This document shows positions 10,408-19,836 of a stretch of DNA of 64,000 nucleotides, piece by piece. The translations under genes and the position numbers were made by a program. Source of the DNA: an uncultured Pseudomonadales bacterium. Lineage in GTDB: Bacteria; Patescibacteriota; Microgenomatia; UBA1400; UBA12028. Each line of letters opens with the position of its first letter. Position 1 is the stretch's first letter. Location of the stretch: contig CAZDWN010000003.1 in assembly GCA_964509365.1 (NCBI GenBank), positions 6,855 to 70,854 on the forward strand. The letters run 5' to 3'. The notes beneath the pieces were generated by a model. That model ran no database searches and was not told where the DNA came from. It saw only the letters and a list, made by a program, of their open reading frames with translations.

Positions 10408-11601
10408 ATGGATGAAACTGCAAAACAACGATCTCTGATCGTCATTTCAATTGTGTCGATCGTAAATGCGCTCGGGTATGGGATCATTATTCCGCTGCAG
10501 TATGCTTACGTCGCCAGGTTTGGAATCAATGCGCTTTGGGTTGGCGTACTTTTTGCTTCATACTCATTGGCTCAGTTTATTTCGACTCCGATCATCGGGC
10601 GTTTGTCTGATAAATATGGGCGAAAACCGCTGCTCCTGTATAGCGTTTTTGGTACTGCCCTTTCTTTTCTGTTATTTGCGGTCGCAAACAGTGCTCCATT
10701 GATTTTTATTGCTCGTATCTTGGATGGGATCACTGGTGGTAACATCTCGGTTGCACAAGCAGTCATTTCTGATACGACAGAACCAAAAGATCGCGCAAAA
10801 TGGTTTGGGATTCTGGGAGCCGCGTTTGGATTCGGATTTGTGGTCGGACCTGCGATCGGAGGAATCTTAAGTAAAGTGTCACTGGCAGCTCCATTCTATT
10901 TTGCGGCCGCGATCTCATTGGTAGCTTGTGTCATCATTTACTTTGTCCAACAGGAATCATTGGTCAAAGAATTTGTGGAGTCAAAGCCGGTTGCGAAGTT
11001 GTTTGATATTGCGTCATTGGTGAATGCATTGTTCGAACCATATATCGGCTTACTCCTCATCGCGAGTTTCATCGCCACATTCGCATTCTCAATTTTCATT
11101 TTGGGCTTTCAAGCATTTACGAATGACATTCTCAAACTTTCTCCAAGTAATATCTCTTTGCTTTTTGTGATCTTTGGGATCGTCGGTCTCATCATGCAGG
11201 GATTTGCCACGGGGAAGCTGGTAAAACTATTTGGGGAAGTCAAACTGTTAATTTTTGGAGTAATCTTGACTGGAATCAGTTTCTTTGCGATGGGTCTGGC
11301 TGTGACCTTTCCACTTTTCATCATGGCGTCAATCGCTTTGGCGATCGGAAATTCTTTCTTGACTCCCCTGCTGACGACGCTATTATCCAAGCACACCAAA
11401 AAGGAGGATCAGGGAGGTATCTTGGGCATCAACCAAGCCTATGCGAGTCTCTCGAACATCATTGGTCCGATCATCGGTGGTGCGCTCGCGACCAAGCATG
11501 TCTCGTACGCATTTTACGGTGCTGGCTTGACCATCGTCTTGATGTTCTTTTTGACGATGATCATCTCGAGAGAAAGCGAAAATCACATCCTCGATCTCTA
11601 A
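10408..11601 (+). CDS. MFS transporter
   Basis: About 12 TM segments; GRLSDKYGRKP motif between TM2 and TM3. Confidence 0.8.
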   Translation: MDETAKQRSLIVISIVSIVNALGYGIIIPLQYAYVARFGINALWVGVLFASYSLAQFISTPIIGRLSDKYGRKPLLLYSVFGTALSFLLFAVANSAPLIFIARILDGITGGNISVAQAVISDTTEPKDRAKWFGILGAAFGFGFVVGPAIGGILSKVSLAAPFYFAAAISLVACVIIYFVQQESLVKEFVESKPVAKLFDIASLVNALFEPYIGLLLIASFIATFAFSIFILGFQAFTNDILKLSPSNISLLFVIFGIVGLIMQGFATGKLVKLFGEVKLLIFGVILTGISFFAMGLAVTFPLFIMASIALAIGNSFLTPLLTTLLSKHTKKEDQGGILGINQAYASLSNIIGPIIGGALATKHVSYAFYGAGLTIVLMFFLTMIISRESENHILDL

Positions 11602-11648
11602 GCTTGAATGATTTGCTATAATAGCGGAGTCGGGATTAGTCTTGGCGC

Positions 11649-11719
11649 GCGGGTATAGTTTAATGGTAGAACGAAAGATTTCCAATCTTTCGGCGGGGGT
11701 TCGATTCCCCCTACCCGCT
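11649..11719 (+). tRNA. tRNA-Gly (anticodon TCC), CCA not encoded
   Basis: GCGGGTA/TACCCGC acceptor, anticodon loop TTTCCAA, T-arm GGGGG-TTCGATT-CCCCC, discriminator T. Confidence 0.8.
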
Positions 11720-11826
11720 CACTTCTTTTGTACTTCCTTTGTCTTCGACTGTTTGACTTTTCGGGTAGTGTGATATCATAGGCTTCAAGAAATACGATTG
11801 TCGATTTCAAGTATCTATAGTTTGAA

Positions 11827-12543
11827 ATGGAAAGAATAAGTATGGCGGTACGCAAACGAAAACAAACAAAAATGGCTCCAGTGGAAACAGTCGACATGGT
11901 CGAAGAAAATGACACCTATGAAGAGACGACTTCAACAAACGCAAATGGAATGAGTGTGCAGAAACGAATTGGTATCGTCCTAGTCCTCATTGTCTTGCTC
12001 CTCGCAGCAGCAGCGTATAAATATCGCTACTTGCTGACGCCTGCAACAGTCAACGGTCAACCAATTTACGTGTGGACGTATCTTTCGAAACTTCACAAGC
12101 AATATGGCAGTGACCAGCTCAATAGCATGACGACTGAGCTCATGATCACTCAAGCGGTGAATAAAGCAAACGTGACTGTGCCAGATAGTGATATCGATAA
12201 AGAAGTCGCAAATGTCGAACTCGAAGCCAGTAGCTCAGGTGGACTCAAAGCAGTGTTGGATGCACAGCGATTGTCGATGGACGAGTTCCGCAATCGAGTA
12301 AAATTGCAGTTGGCTGTGAAAAAAATCTTGGCTGACAAGATCAAAGTCTCAGATCAGGAAATTGATGATGCCTACAAGAAGAATAAGGATTTCTACAAGG
12401 GCACCAGCGAAGCTGATGCAAAAGTGACGATCAAAAAGCAGTTAGAGGATCAGAAATTCCAGCAAGAAGTGCAAACTTGGTTGTCCACTGTCAAGAACAG
12501 TGCCAAGATTGAAATTAAATTCCCTGGCATTGCAAATCAATAG
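11827..12543 (+). CDS. Membrane-anchored SurA-N/PpiD-like chaperone-domain protein (no obvious PPIase domain)
   Basis: Acidic N-terminus, one TM, then a helical domain resembling the SurA N-terminal domain. Confidence 0.4.
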   Translation: MERISMAVRKRKQTKMAPVETVDMVEENDTYEETTSTNANGMSVQKRIGIVLVLIVLLLAAAAYKYRYLLTPATVNGQPIYVWTYLSKLHKQYGSDQLNSMTTELMITQAVNKANVTVPDSDIDKEVANVELEASSSGGLKAVLDAQRLSMDEFRNRVKLQLAVKKILADKIKVSDQEIDDAYKKNKDFYKGTSEADAKVTIKKQLEDQKFQQEVQTWLSTVKNSAKIEIKFPGIANQ

Positions 12544-12557
12544 TTTGAAACGAATAC

Positions 12558-13979
12558 TTAACTAGACAAAAGGGCTTTTGCTTTTTCAAGCAGAAGCTCT
12601 TTTGTGTTATTCTCGGGATGCTCGAGCACTTCTTCCAGCAAGTCATTGAGGAGTTTGCCAATCGTCGGTCCTGGATTGAGGGAGAGCTCTTTCATGAGAT
12701 CGTTTCCATTGATGGCCAGGTCAGTCACTTTGAGAGGTTGATGTAATTCTGCCCAAATGCGATCCTTGAGTTCTTCGAGTCTCCAACTTGTCGCTTTACT
12801 TCCACTCCCGACTCTATCTCCCGTACGTAAATCAAACATATCTTCGATATTTTCCGTCCCGACGCGTCGTAAGAATCGACGGATGTATGCATCGGTGACA
12901 AAGGTCTCGTACGTGAACATATGCCAGCGCACCAACGTGAACAGGCGATCACAATCTTCTTTTGGAAGACGCAATCGTTTGCCGATCTCCTTTGCCATTC
13001 GCGCTCCGATAACTTCATGATTATAAAATGTGACCGCTCCCCCACCAACTTCTTGATACGTTTCAGGCTTGGCAATGTCATGGAGCAGCGTCGCGAGTCT
13101 CACGACGGGATCCTTCGATTCGCAAGCAGCGAGAGCTCTGATTGAATGCTCCCACACATCGTAGATATGATGCCCAGACTGTTTGACTCCTTTGGTAGCC
13201 AGAAGTTCGGGAATGATGTATTGGAGAAGTTTAAATTTATCAAGCAAGACGATTGCGATATCGGGAGTGTCTGACTCAAGCATAGACATGAATTCGCTAC
13301 TGATGCGCTCAAAGCTAATATGACGAAGATCATCACAATGCGCTTGTAGTGCAACCAGTGTCGCTTGATCGATTGAGAATTGAAGGGAATTGGCAAACCG
13401 AATCGCTCGAAGCATGCGGAGTGCATCTTCTGAAAATCGTGCGTCTGGCTCGCCAACCGTGCGAATGATTTTTGCCTCGAGATCTTGTTGTCCTCCAAAC
13501 GGGTCTACAATGGAAATTGATGATTTTTGCCCGTCATTTTCGATTTTCAATTCTCCAGTCTCAATTCTTAATGCCATTGCATTGATTGTAAAATCTCGGC
13601 GTTCGAGATCTTCTTCGATGCTTTTTCCCCAGATGACCGATTCTGGCTTTCGATGATTGCGATATTCGCCATCGGAGCGATACGTCGTAATATCGTAGAT
13701 TTGGTTTTCTTGATTTGTTTCATTTGATGGTGAAAGTTTGAATTGTTCGTTTAAGTGCTTTTGAGCGACCATGACTGTGCCAAACTGGTTTTCATAGAAA
13801 CTCTCAGTGAACAATGGAAGTATTTGTTCTGGAGTGGCATTGGTGGTGAAATCCCAATCTGATGTCTCACGTCCAAGAAGGACGTCCCGAACCGCCCCAC
13901 CGACAATTTCGCAAGTAAATCCATTTGAATGCAGGGTGTCTACGATCACGAGTACAGAGGTTGGTAGCTTCAAGTCCAT
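12558..13979 (-). CDS. cca: CCA-adding tRNA nucleotidyltransferase with HD domain
   Basis: GGAVRDxLLG...DxDF Pol-beta NTase head, HD motif (LLHDIAKP). Confidence 0.85.
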   Translation of the reverse strand: MDLKLPTSVLVIVDTLHSNGFTCEIVGGAVRDVLLGRETSDWDFTTNATPEQILPLFTESFYENQFGTVMVAQKHLNEQFKLSPSNETNQENQIYDITTYRSDGEYRNHRKPESVIWGKSIEEDLERRDFTINAMALRIETGELKIENDGQKSSISIVDPFGGQQDLEAKIIRTVGEPDARFSEDALRMLRAIRFANSLQFSIDQATLVALQAHCDDLRHISFERISSEFMSMLESDTPDIAIVLLDKFKLLQYIIPELLATKGVKQSGHHIYDVWEHSIRALAACESKDPVVRLATLLHDIAKPETYQEVGGGAVTFYNHEVIGARMAKEIGKRLRLPKEDCDRLFTLVRWHMFTYETFVTDAYIRRFLRRVGTENIEDMFDLRTGDRVGSGSKATSWRLEELKDRIWAELHQPLKVTDLAINGNDLMKELSLNPGPTIGKLLNDLLEEVLEHPENNTKELLLEKAKALLSS

Positions 13980-14002
13980 GTGGGTATGATAGCATCTCTA
14001 CT

Positions 14003-15661
14003 ATGCGTTGGAATATCTTGTCGCCAGAAAAATCCCAGACATCTGCAAATCTCATTTCACAAATTCTTCGCAATCGGGCGATTGAAGATGTGAAAGAATT
14101 TTTGCACCCCACTTCCCCGCTTTCACTCTCTCTTTTTGACGTGGGCATATCGGGTGAGGATGTCTCATGCGCGATCGATCGACTTTTGATCGCAAAAGAA
14201 AAGAAAGAATTACTCGTCATCTACGGCGATTATGACGCTGACGGAGTCTGCGCGACCACTGTCTTATGGGAGACTTTGTATCTGCTCGGGTACAACGTCA
14301 AGCCTTTTATCCCTCATCGTGAAAAACACGGGTATGGATTGTCCAAGCGAGGGCTCGATGAAATCTTGGCAAAAGAAACACCTGCAATTTTGATAACCGT
14401 CGATAATGGCATAGTCGCGCATGAGCAGTGGACGCGACTCAAAGATCTCGGAGTGTTCACGATCCTTACCGATCATCACGAAGCCGATGAGACGAAGCCA
14501 GCTGTAGATTGTCTCATCCATACGACGAAGCTTTGCGGGACAACGGTTGCGTGGATGTTTGCACGCGAAATAGAGGCAAGACTGCAGACTACAGATCAGA
14601 GACTACAGACCACAGAAATGTTGGATTTGTGTGCGATTGCGACAATCGCTGATCAAGTCCCGCTCGTGGGGGCAAATCGATCGTTTGCGAAGGCCGGGCT
14701 GGCGCAGCTGAATACCACAAAGCGTTTGGGTCTGAAACTGCTCATCGATTCAGCGCAGCTGACACCAGGTGAAATAGACACGTATGGAGTCAATTATGGA
14801 ATTGCACCACGAATCAATGCGATGGGACGGCTGGAATCTGCCCTCGATGCAATGCGCGCTTTGTGTACTCACAATAAAGAAAAGGCAGCAGCTTTAATTG
14901 AAAAGATCCAAGATACCAATCACACCCGCCAAGATTTGACACAAGTATTGGTGGAGAAAGCCATGCAGCGTGCGTCAGAATGGAAAGACGAACATATCAT
15001 CGTGATTGAGGACGAAGAGTTTCATGAGGGGGTCATTGGACTCATCGCTGGCAAACTCACCGAGACATTTCATAAACCTGCTATCGTCCTGTCAGTGGGT
15101 CCCCTGACAGCCAAAGGGTCAGCTCGGAGTTTGGGCGGAGTGCACATCACGGCGCTCCTACGCGAATTTCGCGGGACGTACTTACTGGAAGTGGGAGGCC
15201 ATCCACTCGCAGCAGGACTCAAAATCGAAAGTCAAAAAATTGAGGCATTCCGCATGGCATTGTATGCGCGAGCAAGAGAAGTAATCGCGTTAGCATCACT
15301 GGAGCCTGTATTGGATGTTGATTGCGAACTCCACAGCGAGCTGCTGACACTCGACACCGCCAACGCATTGCAAACTCTAGCGCCGTTTGGCGCTGGCAAT
15401 CGAGAGCCACTCTTTGCCTTCCCAGCCATGAAACTACTCAATGCGAAACTTGTAGGCAAAGAAGGGAAGCATCTCAAACTTCAATTGCAAATCCCAAATT
15501 CCAAAATCCAAAGCATTGATGGAATGGCTTTTGGAAAAGGAAAACTGATTGAGTCATTGCAAGCTGGTCAAGACATCTCGGTCGCTGGACATCTGAGCAT
15601 CAACGAATGGCGTGGCTCCAAAAAACTCCAAATCCTGGTCAGAGATTTCTCATCAGCTTAA
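14003..15661 (+). CDS. recJ: Single-stranded-DNA-specific exonuclease
   Basis: DHH family motifs (YGDYDADGVCAT, DHH), DHHA1 region; start taken at the Met just after the cca start rather than at the longer overlapping ORF. Confidence 0.85.
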   Translation: MRWNILSPEKSQTSANLISQILRNRAIEDVKEFLHPTSPLSLSLFDVGISGEDVSCAIDRLLIAKEKKELLVIYGDYDADGVCATTVLWETLYLLGYNVKPFIPHREKHGYGLSKRGLDEILAKETPAILITVDNGIVAHEQWTRLKDLGVFTILTDHHEADETKPAVDCLIHTTKLCGTTVAWMFAREIEARLQTTDQRLQTTEMLDLCAIATIADQVPLVGANRSFAKAGLAQLNTTKRLGLKLLIDSAQLTPGEIDTYGVNYGIAPRINAMGRLESALDAMRALCTHNKEKAAALIEKIQDTNHTRQDLTQVLVEKAMQRASEWKDEHIIVIEDEEFHEGVIGLIAGKLTETFHKPAIVLSVGPLTAKGSARSLGGVHITALLREFRGTYLLEVGGHPLAAGLKIESQKIEAFRMALYARAREVIALASLEPVLDVDCELHSELLTLDTANALQTLAPFGAGNREPLFAFPAMKLLNAKLVGKEGKHLKLQLQIPNSKIQSIDGMAFGKGKLIESLQAGQDISVAGHLSINEWRGSKKLQILVRDFSSA

Positions 15662-15888
15662 GCTCGTACTGATCTCTCTAATTGCTTCCTCAAATTCTTT
15701 TCTTTTTCAAGGTCTCTGTAATGACGGGCAAGAACAGGATTTACTTCTTCCAAGGCTGAAATAAATTGGTCTACCTGCTCAATTTTTTGAGCTTCAGCGT
15801 AAATATTTGCAACTTCTGTTCCAGACAGTCGGTGTGAATTCTGATTGTACTGGGCCCCAATTAATATTTTGTAATCTTCCCTATTCAT
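15658..15888 (-). CDS. Hypothetical small protein
   Basis: 76-aa ORF with no recognisable motif; overlaps the recJ stop. Confidence 0.3.
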   Translation of the reverse strand: MNREDYKILIGAQYNQNSHRLSGTEVANIYAEAQKIEQVDQFISALEEVNPVLARHYRDLEKEKNLRKQLERSVRA

Positions 15889-15944
15889 ATTCCCTCCTTC
15901 CGTACGTATTGTAGACGTACTGCTGTTTTTGTAAGTGATACAAA

Positions 15945-16139
15945 TTACTGCCTGTTTCTTGGTAGTTCATACGTTAAAGGTTGCTCACGAGGATCGTCAG
16001 GATTGAAGACCGTCGCCTCCCTCATCTTTTCTTCTTGCTGAGTCACTGCTACTGACAGTGCCAAGACAACTAATGCTCGTCCTTCTGGACTTCGGGGATC
16101 AACGAATTCGTCATCCCAAGCGGTTACTTCTTTAGCCAT
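15945..16139 (-). CDS. Hypothetical small acidic protein
   Basis: Start chosen at MAKEV because AAAGGAGG lies 5 nt upstream; 64 aa. Confidence 0.35.
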   Translation of the reverse strand: MAKEVTAWDDEFVDPRSPEGRALVVLALSVAVTQQEEKMREATVFNPDDPREQPLTYELPRNRQ

Positions 16140-16163
16140 ATGGCCTCCTTTTAATTGCCCCAT

Positions 16164-16192
16164 AAAAAAAGCCCCTTCTTTCGAGTGGGCTT
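16164..16192 (-). terminator. Intrinsic terminator on the minus strand
   Basis: Minus strand reads AAGCCC-loop-GGGCTT followed by TTTTTTTAT. Confidence 0.5.
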
Positions 16193-16304
16193 GGTATGGT
16201 TTCTAAGGTAATTGCTGTCTACACTTATTTTGCCATACAAGCCCCTGTCCAAGGAAGGACGCGAAGGGTCTGCATAGTAATAAAGTGTTGGCACGACATA
16301 GAAC
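16172..16304 (-). ncRNA. Candidate small RNA from a minus-strand promoter to a minus-strand terminator
   Basis: Extended -10 TGATATAAT (plus-strand coordinates 16312-16320) with -35 TTTACA 16 nt upstream; no ORF; ends at the terminator above; contains a CCUUCCUUGG stretch. Confidence 0.25.
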
Positions 16305-16311
16305 AGCAGTT

Positions 16312-16358
16312 ATTATATCACCTGACAGCTGTTGTAAACCAGCAAATTGGGGTATACT
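16312..16358. promoter_or_regulatory. Back-to-back divergent sigma70-like promoters sharing the -35 region
   Basis: Plus strand: TTGTAA (16332-16337), 15 nt spacer, TATACT (16353-16358). Minus strand: TTTACA (16339-16334), 16 nt spacer, TGATATAAT. Confidence 0.3.
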
Positions 16359-16365
16359 ACCGGTA

Positions 16366-16504
16366 GATAGGCGATTGAGCAGGGCTGACAACCTGCGAGC
16401 CACAATCTCGGGTAAGCCCGTTATCGCTGGAAAAGTTTATCTAGGACGGCACTTCCGGAATAAATCCGGGACCTTGAGCACTCTACTATTGAGTGCTTTT
16501 TTTT
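16366..16504 (+). ncRNA. Candidate small RNA or terminator-containing 5' leader of aspS
   Basis: Transcript predicted from the plus-strand promoter to a strong intrinsic terminator; no ORF with an RBS; aspS has no separate promoter downstream. Confidence 0.25.
16476..16504 (+). terminator. Intrinsic terminator 50 nt upstream of aspS
   Basis: GAGCACTC-TACTATT-GAGTGCTC hairpin followed by TTTTTTTT. Confidence 0.6.
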
Positions 16505-16552
16505 GACCAAAATTGTAGAACTCCGCCTGAGGCGGGGAAAAAGGAGACAGCT

Positions 16553-17959
16553 ATGGAGCGAACATTAATCCTCAAAACTCTCGAGAAAATCGGCGAAACG
16601 GTCACTATCAGTGGTTGGGTAGATACCAAGCGAGACCATGGAAAACTGACATTTATTGATCTTCGTGATCGTACTGGTCAAGTCCAGTGTGTTGGCTATC
16701 AAAAAATGGGAGAACTCACAGTTGAATCAGTTATCTCGATTACTGGCAAAGTCAAAGCTCGAGGCGAAAAGTATATCAACGCTGAGCTCGCGACAGGCAC
16801 AGTCGAGATAGAAGTTGAGTCGTACGAAGTCATCAGCAAGGCAGGGGAGCTCCCGATTCACGTCCAAGGAGATGGACTGGATATCAATGAAGAACACAGG
16901 CTTCGCTACCGATATTTGGATATGAGACGCGAGCGCATGGCCAAAACGATGCGACTGCGATCATCCTATTTCCATGCCCTGCGAGAAGCACTCGTGAAAC
17001 GAGATTTTTGTGAGATTGAGACACCGATCCTTTCAAAGGCGACGATGGAAGGTGCTCGTGACTTTATTGTCCCTTCACGATTTCAACCAGGAAAATTCTA
17101 CGCGCTGCCCCAGAGTCCACAGCAATATAAGCAGCTACTCATGGTCGCAGGGATCGAGCGTTATTTCCAACTGGCACGATGTTTCCGCGATGAGGATTTG
17201 CGTGCTGATCGAGGATTTGAATTTACCCAGCTAGATTTGGAGATGAGTTTTGAGAATAGAGATTCAGTCATGGCCACAGTCGAAGACGTCGTAAAGGAAT
17301 CAGTCGTTGCGGTGGGCGGCAAACTTCAAAAGTCGCAGTTTCCTATTTTTACGTATAAAGAAGCAATTGAGAAATTTGGTGCCGACAAATTTGACTTGCG
17401 GACTGACGCTGAGAAAAAGGACGGGACATTAGCTTTTGCTTGGGTTGTCGATTTTCCAATGTTCAAGAAAGTGGATAAAGGAGATGCAGCCGAAGTCAGA
17501 GATGGAAAAAGCGGGTGGACGTTCACTCACAACCCGTTTAGTGGTTCGAAACCAGAACACCAGGCGTGGCACCTCGCTGGCGAACACATCGATGAGATCC
17601 TCACCACTCAATATGACTTGGTATGCAACGGGTACGAGGCAGGTGGAGGGAGTATCCGAGCACATGACCCAGAATTGCTGAAAGCAACGTATAAAATCAT
17701 GGGATACAGTGAGCAAGAGACACAAGAGAGTATCGGTCACATGCTTGAAGCATTCTCGTACGGAGCTCCAACGCATGGTGGGATCGCTCTTGGACTTGAC
17801 CGACTCGTCATGCTCCTTGCTGGCCAAAACTCACTGAAAGAAGCAATCCCGTTCCCGACAACGTCGACAGGACGCACGTCGGTCATGGATGCACCGGCGC
17901 CCGTCTCACCAAGTCAACTAACTGACTTGAATTTGAGTGTGCTTCCAAACAAGGCATAA
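16553..17959 (+). CDS. aspS: Aspartyl-tRNA synthetase, compact archaeal-like form without the GAD insertion
   Basis: Class II motifs (FRDEDLRADRGFEFTQLDLEMSF; GGIALGLDRLVMLL), N-terminal OB fold, about 469 aa, AAGGAG RBS. Confidence 0.85.
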   Translation: MERTLILKTLEKIGETVTISGWVDTKRDHGKLTFIDLRDRTGQVQCVGYQKMGELTVESVISITGKVKARGEKYINAELATGTVEIEVESYEVISKAGELPIHVQGDGLDINEEHRLRYRYLDMRRERMAKTMRLRSSYFHALREALVKRDFCEIETPILSKATMEGARDFIVPSRFQPGKFYALPQSPQQYKQLLMVAGIERYFQLARCFRDEDLRADRGFEFTQLDLEMSFENRDSVMATVEDVVKESVVAVGGKLQKSQFPIFTYKEAIEKFGADKFDLRTDAEKKDGTLAFAWVVDFPMFKKVDKGDAAEVRDGKSGWTFTHNPFSGSKPEHQAWHLAGEHIDEILTTQYDLVCNGYEAGGGSIRAHDPELLKATYKIMGYSEQETQESIGHMLEAFSYGAPTHGGIALGLDRLVMLLAGQNSLKEAIPFPTTSTGRTSVMDAPAPVSPSQLTDLNLSVLPNKA

Positions 17960-17966
17960 CCAAGGT

Positions 17967-18899
17967 ATGGATCTAAAACATCGATTTCTGTCTCATGAAG
18001 ATTTCCATCAGTCGACCTGCTTTGCGAAAGTAATGGAGTCTATTGGATGGAGCAGTATCTTACTTGACGGTCATCGCATTGCAGTCAAACAAGTGGGGCC
18101 AGTGTCACTTGCGAAAATGCAACGATCCACGGAAACGGACTTTGTGAAACTTGAGTCTCTGCGAAAACGGCTTCACATTGTTCGCACGATCATTGAGCCA
18201 GCAACTGAAGGTGTCTGTGTGGACACACAAGGCAAAAGACACTCCTATAGTTTTTCAGATGTAAAATCAAGCAAAGCAGCAGTTCGACTTTTTGAAGACG
18301 CCGGATATCGCCAAACGAGTGAGCACTACGCGCACACAAAAACCGCGATTCTTGACCTCGCGTCTGGCTGCGACGAACTGATTTCATCATTTCCTTCTAA
18401 AACGCGATACAACATCAAAGTGTCTGATCGTCTTGTGAATCGGTATGAAGTCATTCGATTTGATACATTACGTGAATCACAAAAGGAACAGTTTTTCTCA
18501 CTGCACTCACGCTGGTCGTCAGAAAAGAAAATCTACGGTTTCTCAAATAGTTTCTTGGCTTACGTGATCACTGCATTTGGTGACTCAGGGTGGATGATCC
18601 AAGCGCACACGAATGATGTGTATTCTGGAGGCATGCTGGTACTGATCCATGATCGTACTGCATATTATTTTTACACCTGTACCTCAGATGCTGGGAAGGC
18701 CTCGCACGTGCCCACAGGATTAGCTTCACATGCATTTCAATTGGCAATCGAAAACGGTGCAACGGTGTTTGATTTTTGCTCAGTATTTGATGAACGGTAT
18801 CCGCATGAGCATCCACGTTGGAAGGGGTTTACTCAATTTAAAGCCAGATTCGCGCCAGTTGATGTGTACTATCCTCCCTCTTTCTCTCGATGGATGTAA
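17967..18899 (+). CDS. FemAB-family peptidoglycan cross-bridge aminoacyltransferase-like protein
   Basis: C-terminal region (YYFYTCTSDAGKASHVPTGLASHAFQLAIENGATVFDF) resembles the FemAB/FemX family. Confidence 0.45.
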   Translation: MDLKHRFLSHEDFHQSTCFAKVMESIGWSSILLDGHRIAVKQVGPVSLAKMQRSTETDFVKLESLRKRLHIVRTIIEPATEGVCVDTQGKRHSYSFSDVKSSKAAVRLFEDAGYRQTSEHYAHTKTAILDLASGCDELISSFPSKTRYNIKVSDRLVNRYEVIRFDTLRESQKEQFFSLHSRWSSEKKIYGFSNSFLAYVITAFGDSGWMIQAHTNDVYSGGMLVLIHDRTAYYFYTCTSDAGKASHVPTGLASHAFQLAIENGATVFDFCSVFDERYPHEHPRWKGFTQFKARFAPVDVYYPPSFSRWM

Positions 18900-18918
18900 A
18901 CAGCTACAATGAACGCGT

Positions 18919-19827
18919 ATGGTTTTTTCGTTTTTTTCGTCGCTACTCTCCACTTTTTTGACGATTCACTCACTGTTGTATCACCCCACATTCGCTGCGA
19001 TCCCGGAGCATCTCTATGATCCACAAGGACCGATCCCATTGACGCTCAGTGTGAAATCTTCGCACTGGAAGCCTGCTCCGCAAACCTTTGCGAGTGGAGC
19101 AATCGTCATCGATCAGCAAACTTCAGAAATATTGTTTGAACAAAACGCTGAAAAACAACTTGAGCCTGCATCAACCACCAAAATCATGACTGCCTTATTA
19201 GCGATCGAGAACTATGATCAGGAATCGATTGCGTCAGTGTCCTCTGGCTTGGCACACGATGGAAGTGGTATGGGGTTGCAAACTGGCGAGCATATTAAAG
19301 TCAAAGATCTCATGGCAGGGCTCCTCGTACCCTCCGCAAATGATGCAGCAGATGAGCTCTCGCGACTGTATCCGGGTGGGACTGATGCATTTGTGCAAGC
19401 AATGAATACTCGTGCGCGCGAGCTTGGTTTGACACATACCCAATACAACAACCCGATTGGGTACATCGATCCCGCTCATGTTACAACCGTCAGGGATCTT
19501 GCGATTTTGGCGCGTGAGGCGATGACGCATCCAGAGTTTGCTTCGATGGTCAAAGTGCAAAGCATGAAGGTCACCAATCAGGAAAAGACCATCGTCCATA
19601 CACTGCACACTACGAATGAACTCCTTGGTAGCTTTGAGGGAATTGAAGGCATCAAGACGGGCTGGACCCAAGAAGCCGGGGAATGTTTTGTGGCGCAAGC
19701 AACACGAGGAAATCAAACGTACATTGTTGTCGTTCTTCATAGCCCGGATCGATTCAAAGAAGCTCGAGCTCTGTTGGAGTGGGCATTTGCAAACTATTCC
19801 ACAGAGACACAAACAGTAACGCCGTAA
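18919..19827 (+). CDS. dacA: D-alanyl-D-alanine carboxypeptidase, S11 / PBP5 family
   Basis: SxxK (ASTTK), SxN (PSAND) and KTG (IKTGWT) motifs in the correct order. Confidence 0.8.
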   Translation: MVFSFFSSLLSTFLTIHSLLYHPTFAAIPEHLYDPQGPIPLTLSVKSSHWKPAPQTFASGAIVIDQQTSEILFEQNAEKQLEPASTTKIMTALLAIENYDQESIASVSSGLAHDGSGMGLQTGEHIKVKDLMAGLLVPSANDAADELSRLYPGGTDAFVQAMNTRARELGLTHTQYNNPIGYIDPAHVTTVRDLAILAREAMTHPEFASMVKVQSMKVTNQEKTIVHTLHTTNELLGSFEGIEGIKTGWTQEAGECFVAQATRGNQTYIVVVLHSPDRFKEARALLEWAFANYSTETQTVTP

Positions 19828-19836
19828 TCGTTCCTG

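Noticed and set aside
11814-12549. Short direct repeat TAGTTTGAAA flanking the 11827-12543 gene
   Set aside because: Only 10-11 nt and AT-rich, so likely coincidental; no other mobile-element signatures.
16285-16506. 73-aa ORF inside the aspS-upstream intergenic region
   Set aside because: No RBS and an implausible composition. The region has promoter and terminator signatures of RNA genes; a T-box leader was also considered, but no AGGGUGGNACCGCG T-box sequence is present.
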